From an uncultured Acidobacteriota bacterium (GTDB lineage Bacteria; Acidobacteriota; Thermoanaerobaculia; Multivoradales; UBA5704), in NCBI GenBank assembly GCA_963770895.1, contig CAVYRF010000002.1:4576001-4640000 (forward strand): DNA of 64,000 bases. The letters run 5' to 3'. The stretch's first letter is position 1. Each line of letters begins with the position of its first letter. The notes under the pieces are model-generated. The model was not told the origin of the DNA and ran no database searches. It saw nothing but the letters and a program-made list of their open reading frames with translations. Shown in pieces: positions 51,594-59,639 of the stretch. Made by a program: the position numbers and the translations under genes.

Positions 51594-54500
51594 ATGAACC
51601 TTGCTCTCGATCGTACTCCGATGACTTCCCTCGCGCCGAACCATCGGCGCGCATTCTTCCTGCCCTTGCTGATCCATTTGCTCACGGCCGCGACATCCTT
51701 TGCCCAACTCGACCAAACCTGCACGGTAAGCGCCCTGAACCGGACGGCACAGGTGGATGCCAACGGCGTGTGGGTACTCACAAACGTGCCGGCAGGGACT
51801 GGCCAAGTGCGAGTGCGCGCAGCGTGCATGGCAAACGGCACGACCCGGTATGGGCAGTCGGACCTCTTCACGGTGCCGGTGAACGGCGCCATTCTGGTGA
51901 GCGATATTTCCTTCGCGAGCCAGGTACCGATTCCGTCGAGCCTGACGCTCACGGGACCGGGCTCGCCGCTGTCAGGTGCCGGCCAGCAGGCGCAGCTTTC
52001 GGCCATTGCGACCTACCCTGGCGGCACGACGGGTGACCTCACGCCCGGCAGCACGGGCACCGGGTACGTGTCGAGCAACCCGGCGGTGGTGAGCGTGGAT
52101 GCGAATGGAGCGGTGACGGCCATCGCCAGCGGCACGGTGGTGATCAGCGCATTGAACGAGGGTGTGCTTGGCGTGGTGCAGGTACAGGTGGTGCTTTCCG
52201 GCAGCACGGTGGGCGACGGCATCCCGGACGATTGGAAAGTGGCGCACGGACTCGATCCCAACGATCCATACTGCGCGTTGGAAGATCCCGACAACGACGG
52301 ACTGACTAACCTGGAGGAGTACCAGAACGGCACCGATCCGAACAACCCCGACACCGACGGCGACGGTCTGTCGGACGGCGACGAGGTGCACCTCTACCAT
52401 ACGAACCCGCTCCTATGGGACACGGATGGGGACGGGATCTCGGACGGGGTCGAGGTGAGGACGGGCAGCGATCCGCTCAACATCCACAGTTTCAACCTGG
52501 CGGCGGCGCTCTCTTCGATCACGGTCTCTCCGGGCGCGTTCACCTTGGTCTTCAACACGGTGAGCGGCCAGGCGTCGCGGCAGCTCGTGGCGACGGGCAA
52601 CGTCATCGACGGCCGCACCATCGATCTCTTTAATCCGCTCTACCAAACCCAGGTCGCATCGAGCAACCTCGCGGTCGCGAGCTTCGGAGTGCAACCGGGC
52701 CAGGTGTTCGCCGGGCAGAGCGGCACGGCGACGGTTACGGTGAGCAACAGCGGCTGGTCGGCGGCGTCCGCCGTGACGGTGACGACGTTCTCGCCCACGG
52801 CCCTGGCGTTCCTGCCGCTTCCCGGATTTCAGAATGCGGTGGAGGTGGCAGGCGACTTCGTATTCGTGGCCTCCGGTGGCTTCGGGCTTTCGGTCGTGGA
52901 TGTGACGAACCTGCAAGCGCCGGTCTTGATCGCTCAGGCGCCCACTCCGGGCAGTGCGAACGATGTGCGGGTCTCGGGCACCGTGGCGTATGTGGCCGAG
53001 GATGTCGGCCTGCAACTCATGGACGTGAGCGATCCGGCCCACCCGGCGCGGCTCGGCAGCCTGAACCTCCCCGATGGCGACCAGGTGCGCCTGGCGGTAG
53101 CCGGCAACCTGGTCTATCTCGCCGACATGAACTTCGGCCTGCACGTCGTGGATGTGACGAACCCCATGCAGCCGGTCGAGGTCGGCTCGCTCGCGCTCGG
53201 GGGCACGCCGCGGGCGGTCGGTCTCGGCGGCACCGGGCTCGGCGGGTTCGCTCTCAGCGGATCGTATGCGGTGGTCGCCTGCGGCGACGGGGGCGTGGCG
53301 GTGGTGGACGTGAGCGATCCGACGGCGCCGGCCCTCGTGGGCGCTACGCCGGAGGATGCCCCGCGCGCCGGCAGCGTAACGGTGCGCGGCCACTACGCCT
53401 ACGTTGCCGCCGGAGAGGAGGCGGTCTACGGCGGCCTGCACGTCGTGGAGCTTGCCGACCCGACGAACCCCGTCGAGGTGGGGGCGAGTGAGGATGACCT
53501 GGGGGTGACCCGTGCGGCGCTCCAAGACGGGTTTGCCCTGGGCGCGCAGTTCTTCCTGGCCGCGCAGGTGGCGATCTTCGATGTCAGCGCCGTTCCTCCG
53601 GTCTACACGGCGGTGCTCGACCTCTCGACCTTGCCCGGCGGCGAGGTGGTCGTCGCGCCGCGCGCCAATGACATCGCGGTGCGAAACGGCGCGGTCTTCC
53701 TGGCGGCCAACGGCCAGCAGCTGGGTGAGTTTGCGAGCTACGCGATCGAGCAGGGCGGCCTCTACACCGGCCTTTTCGAGCTGCCGAACGACGGCGACAC
53801 GACTCCGCCGACGGTGAGCCTCTCCTCGCCGGCGGCCGGGTCCTCGGTGATGGAGCGGCTGCCCGTGACGGTGACCGTGGCGGCGCAGGATGAGGTCTCG
53901 GTCACTTCGGTCGGCATCCTGGTCGACGGTGCTCTGGTCGAAACCCTATACAAGCCGCCGTACCAGGCGACTATTCACGTGCCGTCCGGTCAGCCGACCA
54001 TGACGCTCGGAGCGGTGGCGACGAACATCAGCGGCGTCCAGGCGACGGCCACGGAGACGCTCACCGTCCAGCCGTACCCCTTGCCGGTCGCCACCCTCCT
54101 CGCGCCCGCGCCCGGCCAGGTTCTGATCGACGGCACGCCGCTCACGATCGCGGTTGCGGCGAGCGACGCCGTGGCGGTCACTCGGGTCGAGGTCTATGTG
54201 AACGGCGCGCTCGTCGGCACGGCCTTGACGCCGCCGTACCTCTTTCAGGTCACGCTGCCGCGCGGCTCGGCGACGCTCGCGGTGACGGCGCTCGCATACA
54301 ACGCGCTGGGGCCGGGCGCGATGTCGGCGCCGGTCGCGGTGACGGTAGAGCCGGACGTGCCGCCCACGGTTGCGATCTTCTCGCCGGCCGACGGCGCGCA
54401 GGTGACCGAGGGAAGCGTGGTCTCGATCGTTGCAGGCGCAAGCGACCTGACCGGAATCGCGAGCGTGCTCTTCGAGCTTGACGGCGTCGAGTTCCAGGGC

Positions 54501-55637
54501 ACCGCCACCGCGCCGTACGTTGCCCAGGTCGTGGCGCCGCCGGCAGGCCAGACCATGGTGCTCGATGTTGTCGCGACCGATACCGTGAACCTGGCGGCGC
54601 AGTCAGCACCGGTCACCATCACGAGCGTGGTCGATCCGGGAACGGCGGTAAGCGGCTATGTGCTCGATCCGACCGGCGCCCCGGTCTCGGGAGCGAGCAT
54701 CGTCGTGGTCGCGGGCGCTTCCTCGGTGAGCGCCACCTCCGGTGCGGACGGGTCCTTCACGGTGGGCGGCCTGCCGACCGGGAGCGGCACCTTCGAGGTG
54801 AGCGCGACGGGCACGGTGGGCGGCTGCCAGGCGGAGGCCGATGCCGAGCTGCCGCCGCCCCCGCCGGGCCAGAGCGAATCGGTCGGCAACCTGACGCTCG
54901 TCCGACCTCCGGCACCGGCGCCCACGACCGTGACCGGCATCGTTGTCGGTGCCGACGGCCAGGGGCTCTCCGGCGTCACGGTGACGGTTTCGAGCGCCGA
55001 CCTGGCGGACACCGCCACCGCCCTAAGCGGTCCCGGCGGCGCCTTCCTGGTGCCGGCCTTCCCGGCGCGGGCCTGGACCCTCCAGGCGGAGGCGACGATC
55101 GTGAGCGGCGGTGTCCTGCTCTCCGCCGCAAGCGGCCTGCATGGCCCGCATGCAGTCGCGGGCGGCGCGACGGACCTTGGCACCCTGACCCTGAGCCCCT
55201 ATCCCTTCACCGGCCCCGATCCCTTGACCACGGTCACCGGCCAGGCCACGAACCTCGACGGCTCCCCGGCCGCCGGCGCCCAGGTGGTGGTCGACACGGG
55301 CAGCGGCCAGCTCCTCGCGACCGCCGCCGCCGACGGAAGCTTCGCGGTTTCCGGAGTGCCCACCCTGCAAGGCTCGCTGAAGATCACCGCCTCGCTCCAC
55401 CTGCCGTGCAACATGCTTCTGGTTGCCGGCCCCATGACGGTGAGCGAGCTTGTGGCCGGCGGCCAGACCGCCGTGAGCCTCCCGCAGCTCGTGCCCGACC
55501 CGGGGCCGCCGCCGCCGATCATCTTCGCTTCGGCGCCGGTCGGAGGGTGGCCCGCGGACGAGGAGCGGTGCGTACCCGCTCCGAGGGCCGCCGACGGATG
55601 GATTGCAACGCTCCTGGCCGCGGAGTTCCTGCGTTGA
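51594..55637 (+). CDS. Giant secreted protein with Big_2, TSP3-like Ca-binding repeats, LVIVD repeats, Ig and carboxypeptidase-regulatory-like domains
   Basis: Signal peptide; CTVSALNRT N-domain; DxDGDGxxD repeats; GL.VVDV.NP..P repeats; P.V....P Ig repeats. Confidence 0.88.
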   Translation: MNLALDRTPMTSLAPNHRRAFFLPLLIHLLTAATSFAQLDQTCTVSALNRTAQVDANGVWVLTNVPAGTGQVRVRAACMANGTTRYGQSDLFTVPVNGAILVSDISFASQVPIPSSLTLTGPGSPLSGAGQQAQLSAIATYPGGTTGDLTPGSTGTGYVSSNPAVVSVDANGAVTAIASGTVVISALNEGVLGVVQVQVVLSGSTVGDGIPDDWKVAHGLDPNDPYCALEDPDNDGLTNLEEYQNGTDPNNPDTDGDGLSDGDEVHLYHTNPLLWDTDGDGISDGVEVRTGSDPLNIHSFNLAAALSSITVSPGAFTLVFNTVSGQASRQLVATGNVIDGRTIDLFNPLYQTQVASSNLAVASFGVQPGQVFAGQSGTATVTVSNSGWSAASAVTVTTFSPTALAFLPLPGFQNAVEVAGDFVFVASGGFGLSVVDVTNLQAPVLIAQAPTPGSANDVRVSGTVAYVAEDVGLQLMDVSDPAHPARLGSLNLPDGDQVRLAVAGNLVYLADMNFGLHVVDVTNPMQPVEVGSLALGGTPRAVGLGGTGLGGFALSGSYAVVACGDGGVAVVDVSDPTAPALVGATPEDAPRAGSVTVRGHYAYVAAGEEAVYGGLHVVELADPTNPVEVGASEDDLGVTRAALQDGFALGAQFFLAAQVAIFDVSAVPPVYTAVLDLSTLPGGEVVVAPRANDIAVRNGAVFLAANGQQLGEFASYAIEQGGLYTGLFELPNDGDTTPPTVSLSSPAAGSSVMERLPVTVTVAAQDEVSVTSVGILVDGALVETLYKPPYQATIHVPSGQPTMTLGAVATNISGVQATATETLTVQPYPLPVATLLAPAPGQVLIDGTPLTIAVAASDAVAVTRVEVYVNGALVGTALTPPYLFQVTLPRGSATLAVTALAYNALGPGAMSAPVAVTVEPDVPPTVAIFSPADGAQVTEGSVVSIVAGASDLTGIASVLFELDGVEFQGTATAPYVAQVVAPPAGQTMVLDVVATDTVNLAAQSAPVTITSVVDPGTAVSGYVLDPTGAPVSGASIVVVAGASSVSATSGADGSFTVGGLPTGSGTFEVSATGTVGGCQAEADAELPPPPPGQSESVGNLTLVRPPAPAPTTVTGIVVGADGQGLSGVTVTVSSADLADTATALSGPGGAFLVPAFPARAWTLQAEATIVSGGVLLSAASGLHGPHAVAGGATDLGTLTLSPYPFTGPDPLTTVTGQATNLDGSPAAGAQVVVDTGSGQLLATAAADGSFAVSGVPTLQGSLKITASLHLPCNMLLVAGPMTVSELVAGGQTAVSLPQLVPDPGPPPPIIFASAPVGGWPADEERCVPAPRAADGWIATLLAAEFLR

Positions 55638-57244
55638 CCGCCGGGGCTGGAGGGCCGCCGAGCCTGCCGGTGGGCATCAGCCGGCGGCGCCTGCTCGAAG
55701 GCGGCGCCGCGCTTACGGGCCTCATCGTGGCACACGGGGCCGGTGCGAGCCCGGTCGATCGGTCTGCCAGAGTCAGGGATTCGGCGCGCGCCGCCGCGGC
55801 ACGGCTCGAGGCGGAGCTGCCAGAGCCCACCCATGCCACAAACGGCGACGAAACCGCGCTGCCAGGCTGGATCGCCTGCTACTCCAAGGCCCTACCCCAC
55901 AATGCGGCAGGCGAGGTGGACCCGGCGGCCTATCGGCTGCTCCTGCGGGCGATCGCAAGCCGCGACCCGGCCGACTTCGAGTCCATCCCGCTCGGCGGCT
56001 TCTTGAAGCTCGCGAACCCCCAGGCCGCCTTGGCCGAGAACCTCATCGGTCCCGATCCGGGCCGCCTCGATCTCGTCCCCCCGCCGCGCTTTGCGAGCGC
56101 CGAGCAGGCATCCGAGGTCATCGAGCTCTATTGGCAGGCGCTCCTGCGCGACGTCGCCTTCGAGGACTACGAAACCCACCCCATGGCCCAGCTGGCGGCG
56201 GCGGACCTGTCGCGCCTGGCCGATTTCAAGGGGCCGCGGGCAGGGGGTGCAGTCACCCCGCGCACGCTCTTCCGCGGCGTCGGTGCAGGTTCGGCGACCG
56301 GCCCCTACCTCTCGCAGTTCCTCTACCGCGACGTCTTCCTGCCCCCGGTGTGGGTGAAGCAACAGGAGCGCACGGCCGCCGCCGGCATCGACTTCATGAC
56401 CCGGCACGACACCTGGCTCGATTGCCAGAACGGCGCCCTGACCGGTGTGAACCGGTTCGATCCGCACCCGCGCTTCGTCCGCAACGGCCGCGATCTCGGC
56501 GAATGGGTGCACCGCGACTTCACCTACCAGGCGGCGCTCGACGCCTGCCTGGTGCTCCTGAAGCTCGGTGCGCCCCCGAGCGGCGCCAACCCCTACAAGC
56601 ACTCGCGCACGCAGACCGGCTTCGCCACCTTCGGCGCGCCCTACCTCTTCTATCTCTTGGCGGTGGTCACGCAGGTGGCGCTCACCGCCTCCTGGTATCA
56701 GAAGTGGTGCGTGCACCGCAGGCTGCGCCCGGAGGAGTTCGCCGGCAGGGTAGAGACGGTTCGTGCCGGCCGCGGCGGCTATCCGATCGCGCGGGCGGTC
56801 TTCGAAAGCGATGCGGTGGCCGAAACGCTCCGGCGGCACGGCGCGGCGCTCCTGCCGCAGGCGTACCCGGAGGGCGCGCCCACGCACCCCTCCTACCCGG
56901 CCGCGCACGCGGTGATCGCCGGCGCCGGCGTCACGGTGCTGAAGGCTCTCTTCGATGATTCGCACGAGTTGCCGAATTCCGTGGTCGCGACCGCCGACGG
57001 CCTCGGCTTGAAGCCCTACGTCGGCCCGCCCCTTACCGTCGGCGGCGAGCTCGACAAGCTCGCCTGGAACGTGGGCATGGGACGCGATTTCGCCGGCATC
57101 CATTGGCGCTCCGACGCGGCGGCCGGGATCGAGTTTGGCGAACGGGCCGCGGTCGCGGTGTTGCGTGAGATGAAGCTCACCGGACACGAAATCTTCGCCG
57201 GCTTCACCCTGCGGCAATTCGACGGCCGGCGCGTGGCGATCTGA
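55634..57244 (+). CDS. Vanadium-dependent haloperoxidase (PAP2 superfamily) with a Tat signal
   Basis: TTGA-coupled start; SRRRLL Tat motif; KW.VHRRLRP, HPSYPAAH and R.FAGIHWRSD vanadate-binding motifs. Confidence 0.9.
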   Translation: MTAGAGGPPSLPVGISRRRLLEGGAALTGLIVAHGAGASPVDRSARVRDSARAAAARLEAELPEPTHATNGDETALPGWIACYSKALPHNAAGEVDPAAYRLLLRAIASRDPADFESIPLGGFLKLANPQAALAENLIGPDPGRLDLVPPPRFASAEQASEVIELYWQALLRDVAFEDYETHPMAQLAAADLSRLADFKGPRAGGAVTPRTLFRGVGAGSATGPYLSQFLYRDVFLPPVWVKQQERTAAAGIDFMTRHDTWLDCQNGALTGVNRFDPHPRFVRNGRDLGEWVHRDFTYQAALDACLVLLKLGAPPSGANPYKHSRTQTGFATFGAPYLFYLLAVVTQVALTASWYQKWCVHRRLRPEEFAGRVETVRAGRGGYPIARAVFESDAVAETLRRHGAALLPQAYPEGAPTHPSYPAAHAVIAGAGVTVLKALFDDSHELPNSVVATADGLGLKPYVGPPLTVGGELDKLAWNVGMGRDFAGIHWRSDAAAGIEFGERAAVAVLREMKLTGHEIFAGFTLRQFDGRRVAI

Positions 57245-57311
57245 GAAGGTCCTGGCGCGGCAGCGCGCAAGGGTGTTGGAGGCAGCGGGGGTGGCCGGGC
57301 CTCGATGCGCC

Positions 57312-58706
57312 CTACCGCGGCGAGAACTCCGCCTCCGGTACATGCCAGTAGCGGCGGTAGTGGAGGCGAAACCGCCGAAAGATCCCAGCCACCATAAGGG
57401 TTTCGTCTTGAAGCTCCTCCTGGAACCGGAGCCAGGCATCCAGGAGGTTGCGGTGGGGATTCCAGCTCGCCAGGAGCGGCGTCACTTCGGTGAGGACGCG
57501 CAGGGCGGTCGCCGTCTCTCCCTGCGCCACATGGGCTTCCGCGAGGTCGATCGAGACCAGAAGAAAATCCTGCCGCAAATCCCTGGCCCGAAACTCCTCC
57601 TGCCCCTGGAGGAGGACCGCCACCGCGTCGGCGGCCTCGCCGAGCGCTAGGCTCACGCGGCCCTGGAGCCAGTGGAGCTGCAGTTGGGCCTCCTCGTCCG
57701 GAAACTCGCGGTAGAGAGGACGAACGCGGTCAAGGATCGCGAGCGCCTCCTCCGGCCGGCCGGCGGCGCACAAGAACTCCGCGAGCAGGTGCTGCGCGCA
57801 GAGTTCGAGGCGCGGCGCGCGCACCGGATTCAAGAGCTGCAACGCCGCCTCAAGGTGCGCGATGCCCCGGTCGGGATCGGCGTACCCAATCATTCTCGCC
57901 ATGGTGATGAGCGTCCTGCCTTGGAGATGCGGTTGGTCGGCGGTGCGGTAGAGGGAGAGCGCCTTTTCGAGGACGACCACCGCGATGTCGAGCTCGCCGA
58001 TCGCCGCCGCATAGGAGGCGTCCGCGATGTAGATCCGCGCCTTGTCCAGGGGATCGCCCGCGCCCTCTTCGTTCCACCGCCACGCCTCGGCGATGGCCTG
58101 GCGGGCGCCGTCGAGATCGCCGGCGCGCCGGAGGCAGTCGGCGAGCACGACCCACCCTTCGGCACGCAGATCCCAGGCCGCCGCTTCGCTCCCGGCGTCG
58201 AAAGGGTACAAGAGGCGAGCGGTGTCGAGCGCGAGCCGTGCGATGTCGGCCGCCTCCTCTGGATCGCGGGCGAGGTACCAATGGGCGGCATCGAGGAGCG
58301 CCCGGAAAAGCCCCCAATGGTGCCAGTCCTTCCGCTCGATGATCGTGGGGAGCCGCTCATCGGGCAAGAGCGGGTCCAGGGCCGACCAGTGCGCCCAGCC
58401 ATGCAAGCGCTCCAGGGCCACCCGGCGGGCGGCCTGGCTCGCGAATCGGAATGCAGCCTGGAACGCCTCGGCGTAGTCGCGGTCGATATATGCCTCGGCG
58501 CCGGGCTTGCCGAACCAGTACCCGCTCTCGGCGCTGATCCGTCCGAGGAGGCCGAGGCACTCCGGGCATTGGGTGATGAGGTGGCGCATCACCGCCCGGC
58601 GCTCGGGAGCGGAGACCCGCCCTTCGAGGAAGCGTCTGCACAGTTCCGCCGAGACATGCCACCTTGCGGGAGCATCTCCCTGGCCGGGAGGCACGGTCTC
58701 GCTCAT
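57312..58706 (-). CDS. Zinc-finger (H..CxxC) + TPR-like helical protein
   Basis: ATG at 58706 overlaps the GNAT stop; RHLITQCPEC, then TPR-like helices. Confidence 0.8.
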   Translation of the reverse strand: MSETVPPGQGDAPARWHVSAELCRRFLEGRVSAPERRAVMRHLITQCPECLGLLGRISAESGYWFGKPGAEAYIDRDYAEAFQAAFRFASQAARRVALERLHGWAHWSALDPLLPDERLPTIIERKDWHHWGLFRALLDAAHWYLARDPEEAADIARLALDTARLLYPFDAGSEAAAWDLRAEGWVVLADCLRRAGDLDGARQAIAEAWRWNEEGAGDPLDKARIYIADASYAAAIGELDIAVVVLEKALSLYRTADQPHLQGRTLITMARMIGYADPDRGIAHLEAALQLLNPVRAPRLELCAQHLLAEFLCAAGRPEEALAILDRVRPLYREFPDEEAQLQLHWLQGRVSLALGEAADAVAVLLQGQEEFRARDLRQDFLLVSIDLAEAHVAQGETATALRVLTEVTPLLASWNPHRNLLDAWLRFQEELQDETLMVAGIFRRFRLHYRRYWHVPEAEFSPR

Positions 58707-59278
58707 GGGTCGCGTCGGGCGCTGAGGCGTGGTCGCGGGGCTATCTCTCGGAAGTAGGTGTCGCGGTCGAGGCCATAGACGAGCATCTCCCGGCCGGCGT
58801 GATTGATGCCGCCTTCGAGCTGCTCGCCGATCCGCTCGACCACCCGAATCGAGGCGTGATTCGCCGGGTCCACGAGGCTGATGATGTGGTCCTTCCGTAG
58901 CACGTTGAAGGCAAACGCCATCGCCGCCCGCGCGCCCTCGCTCGCATAGCCCTTGCCCCAATGGCATCGCGCGAGATGCCCGCCCAACTCGAAGCCGGGC
59001 CAGGTCTCGGGCTCTGCAAAGCCGATCATGCCCGCGAAGCTGCCGCTTGCCGTCTCCTCCACGACCCACATGCCGGCTCCACCAAGCCACCAGTGCCCAT
59101 GGACGAAGGCCATGTGCCGCCATGCCCGGCCCCGGTCCCAGGTTTCGCCGTTCTGACCGATGAACCGGGTCACTTCCGGGTCGGCATACAGGGCAGCGTA
59201 GTCCTCGTAGTCGCTTCCGCGAAGCCCTCTGAGCCGCAGGCGCGCGGTCGTGAGGGTAGGTATCTCGGGTATGCCCAT
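58703..59278 (-). CDS. GNAT N-acetyltransferase (RimJ/RimL family)
   Basis: LTTARLRLR, HWGKGYASE and N.ASIRV; GGAGG SD. Confidence 0.92.
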   Translation of the reverse strand: MGIPEIPTLTTARLRLRGLRGSDYEDYAALYADPEVTRFIGQNGETWDRGRAWRHMAFVHGHWWLGGAGMWVVEETASGSFAGMIGFAEPETWPGFELGGHLARCHWGKGYASEGARAAMAFAFNVLRKDHIISLVDPANHASIRVVERIGEQLEGGINHAGREMLVYGLDRDTYFREIAPRPRLSARRDP

Positions 59279-59419
59279 GGGTAAAAACCTCCTTCCAACC
59301 CCTTCATTAAATAAAGCAGCAGCTTGTCCTCAGCCTCCGACAGGCGGAGACTCCGGGCATAGGGACACCCTCCGCGGGCAACGACGCTCGCCGATCACCT
59401 GTCCCTGAAGGGAGAAGCC

Positions 59420-59515
59420 ATGCTTCGGCTGCTCTACCTGCTCATGTCCGTATTCGGCGTTTCCTCCACCCCCCCGGACCCTGACTACGGCGGGGGCTAC
59501 GACCCAAACGGCTAG
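59420..59515 (+). CDS. Unannotated 31-aa putative secreted signal/pro-peptide MLRLLYLLMSVFGVSSTPPDPDYGGGYDPNG
   Basis: Below the ORF-track cutoff. AAGGGAG SD; hydrophobic N-half and acidic Gly/Pro C-half; followed by its own hairpin. Confidence 0.7.
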   Translation: MLRLLYLLMSVFGVSSTPPDPDYGGGYDPNG

Positions 59516-59524
59516 GGAGAGCCC

Positions 59525-59558
59525 CGGAAGGGGAGGTCTGTCGGCGCCTCCCCTTCCG
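59525..59558 (+). terminator. Stem-loop after the peptide gene
   Basis: 12-bp stem CGGAAGGGGAGG/CCTCCCCTTCCG; weak U tract. Confidence 0.6.
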
Positions 59559-59639
59559 TTCCCCCCAATGTACAGAGGCTCTTATTTTGAGTTACTCTAA
59601 AACCGCTGTTGGCCTAATTTGTTTTGGGAGAGAGGGAAC

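Noticed and set aside
59420-59515. RiPP (lasso/graspetide) precursor interpretation of the 31-aa peptide
   Set aside because: No cyclase, RRE, radical SAM or ATP-grasp maturase is adjacent, and the N-half looks like an export signal rather than a RiPP leader.
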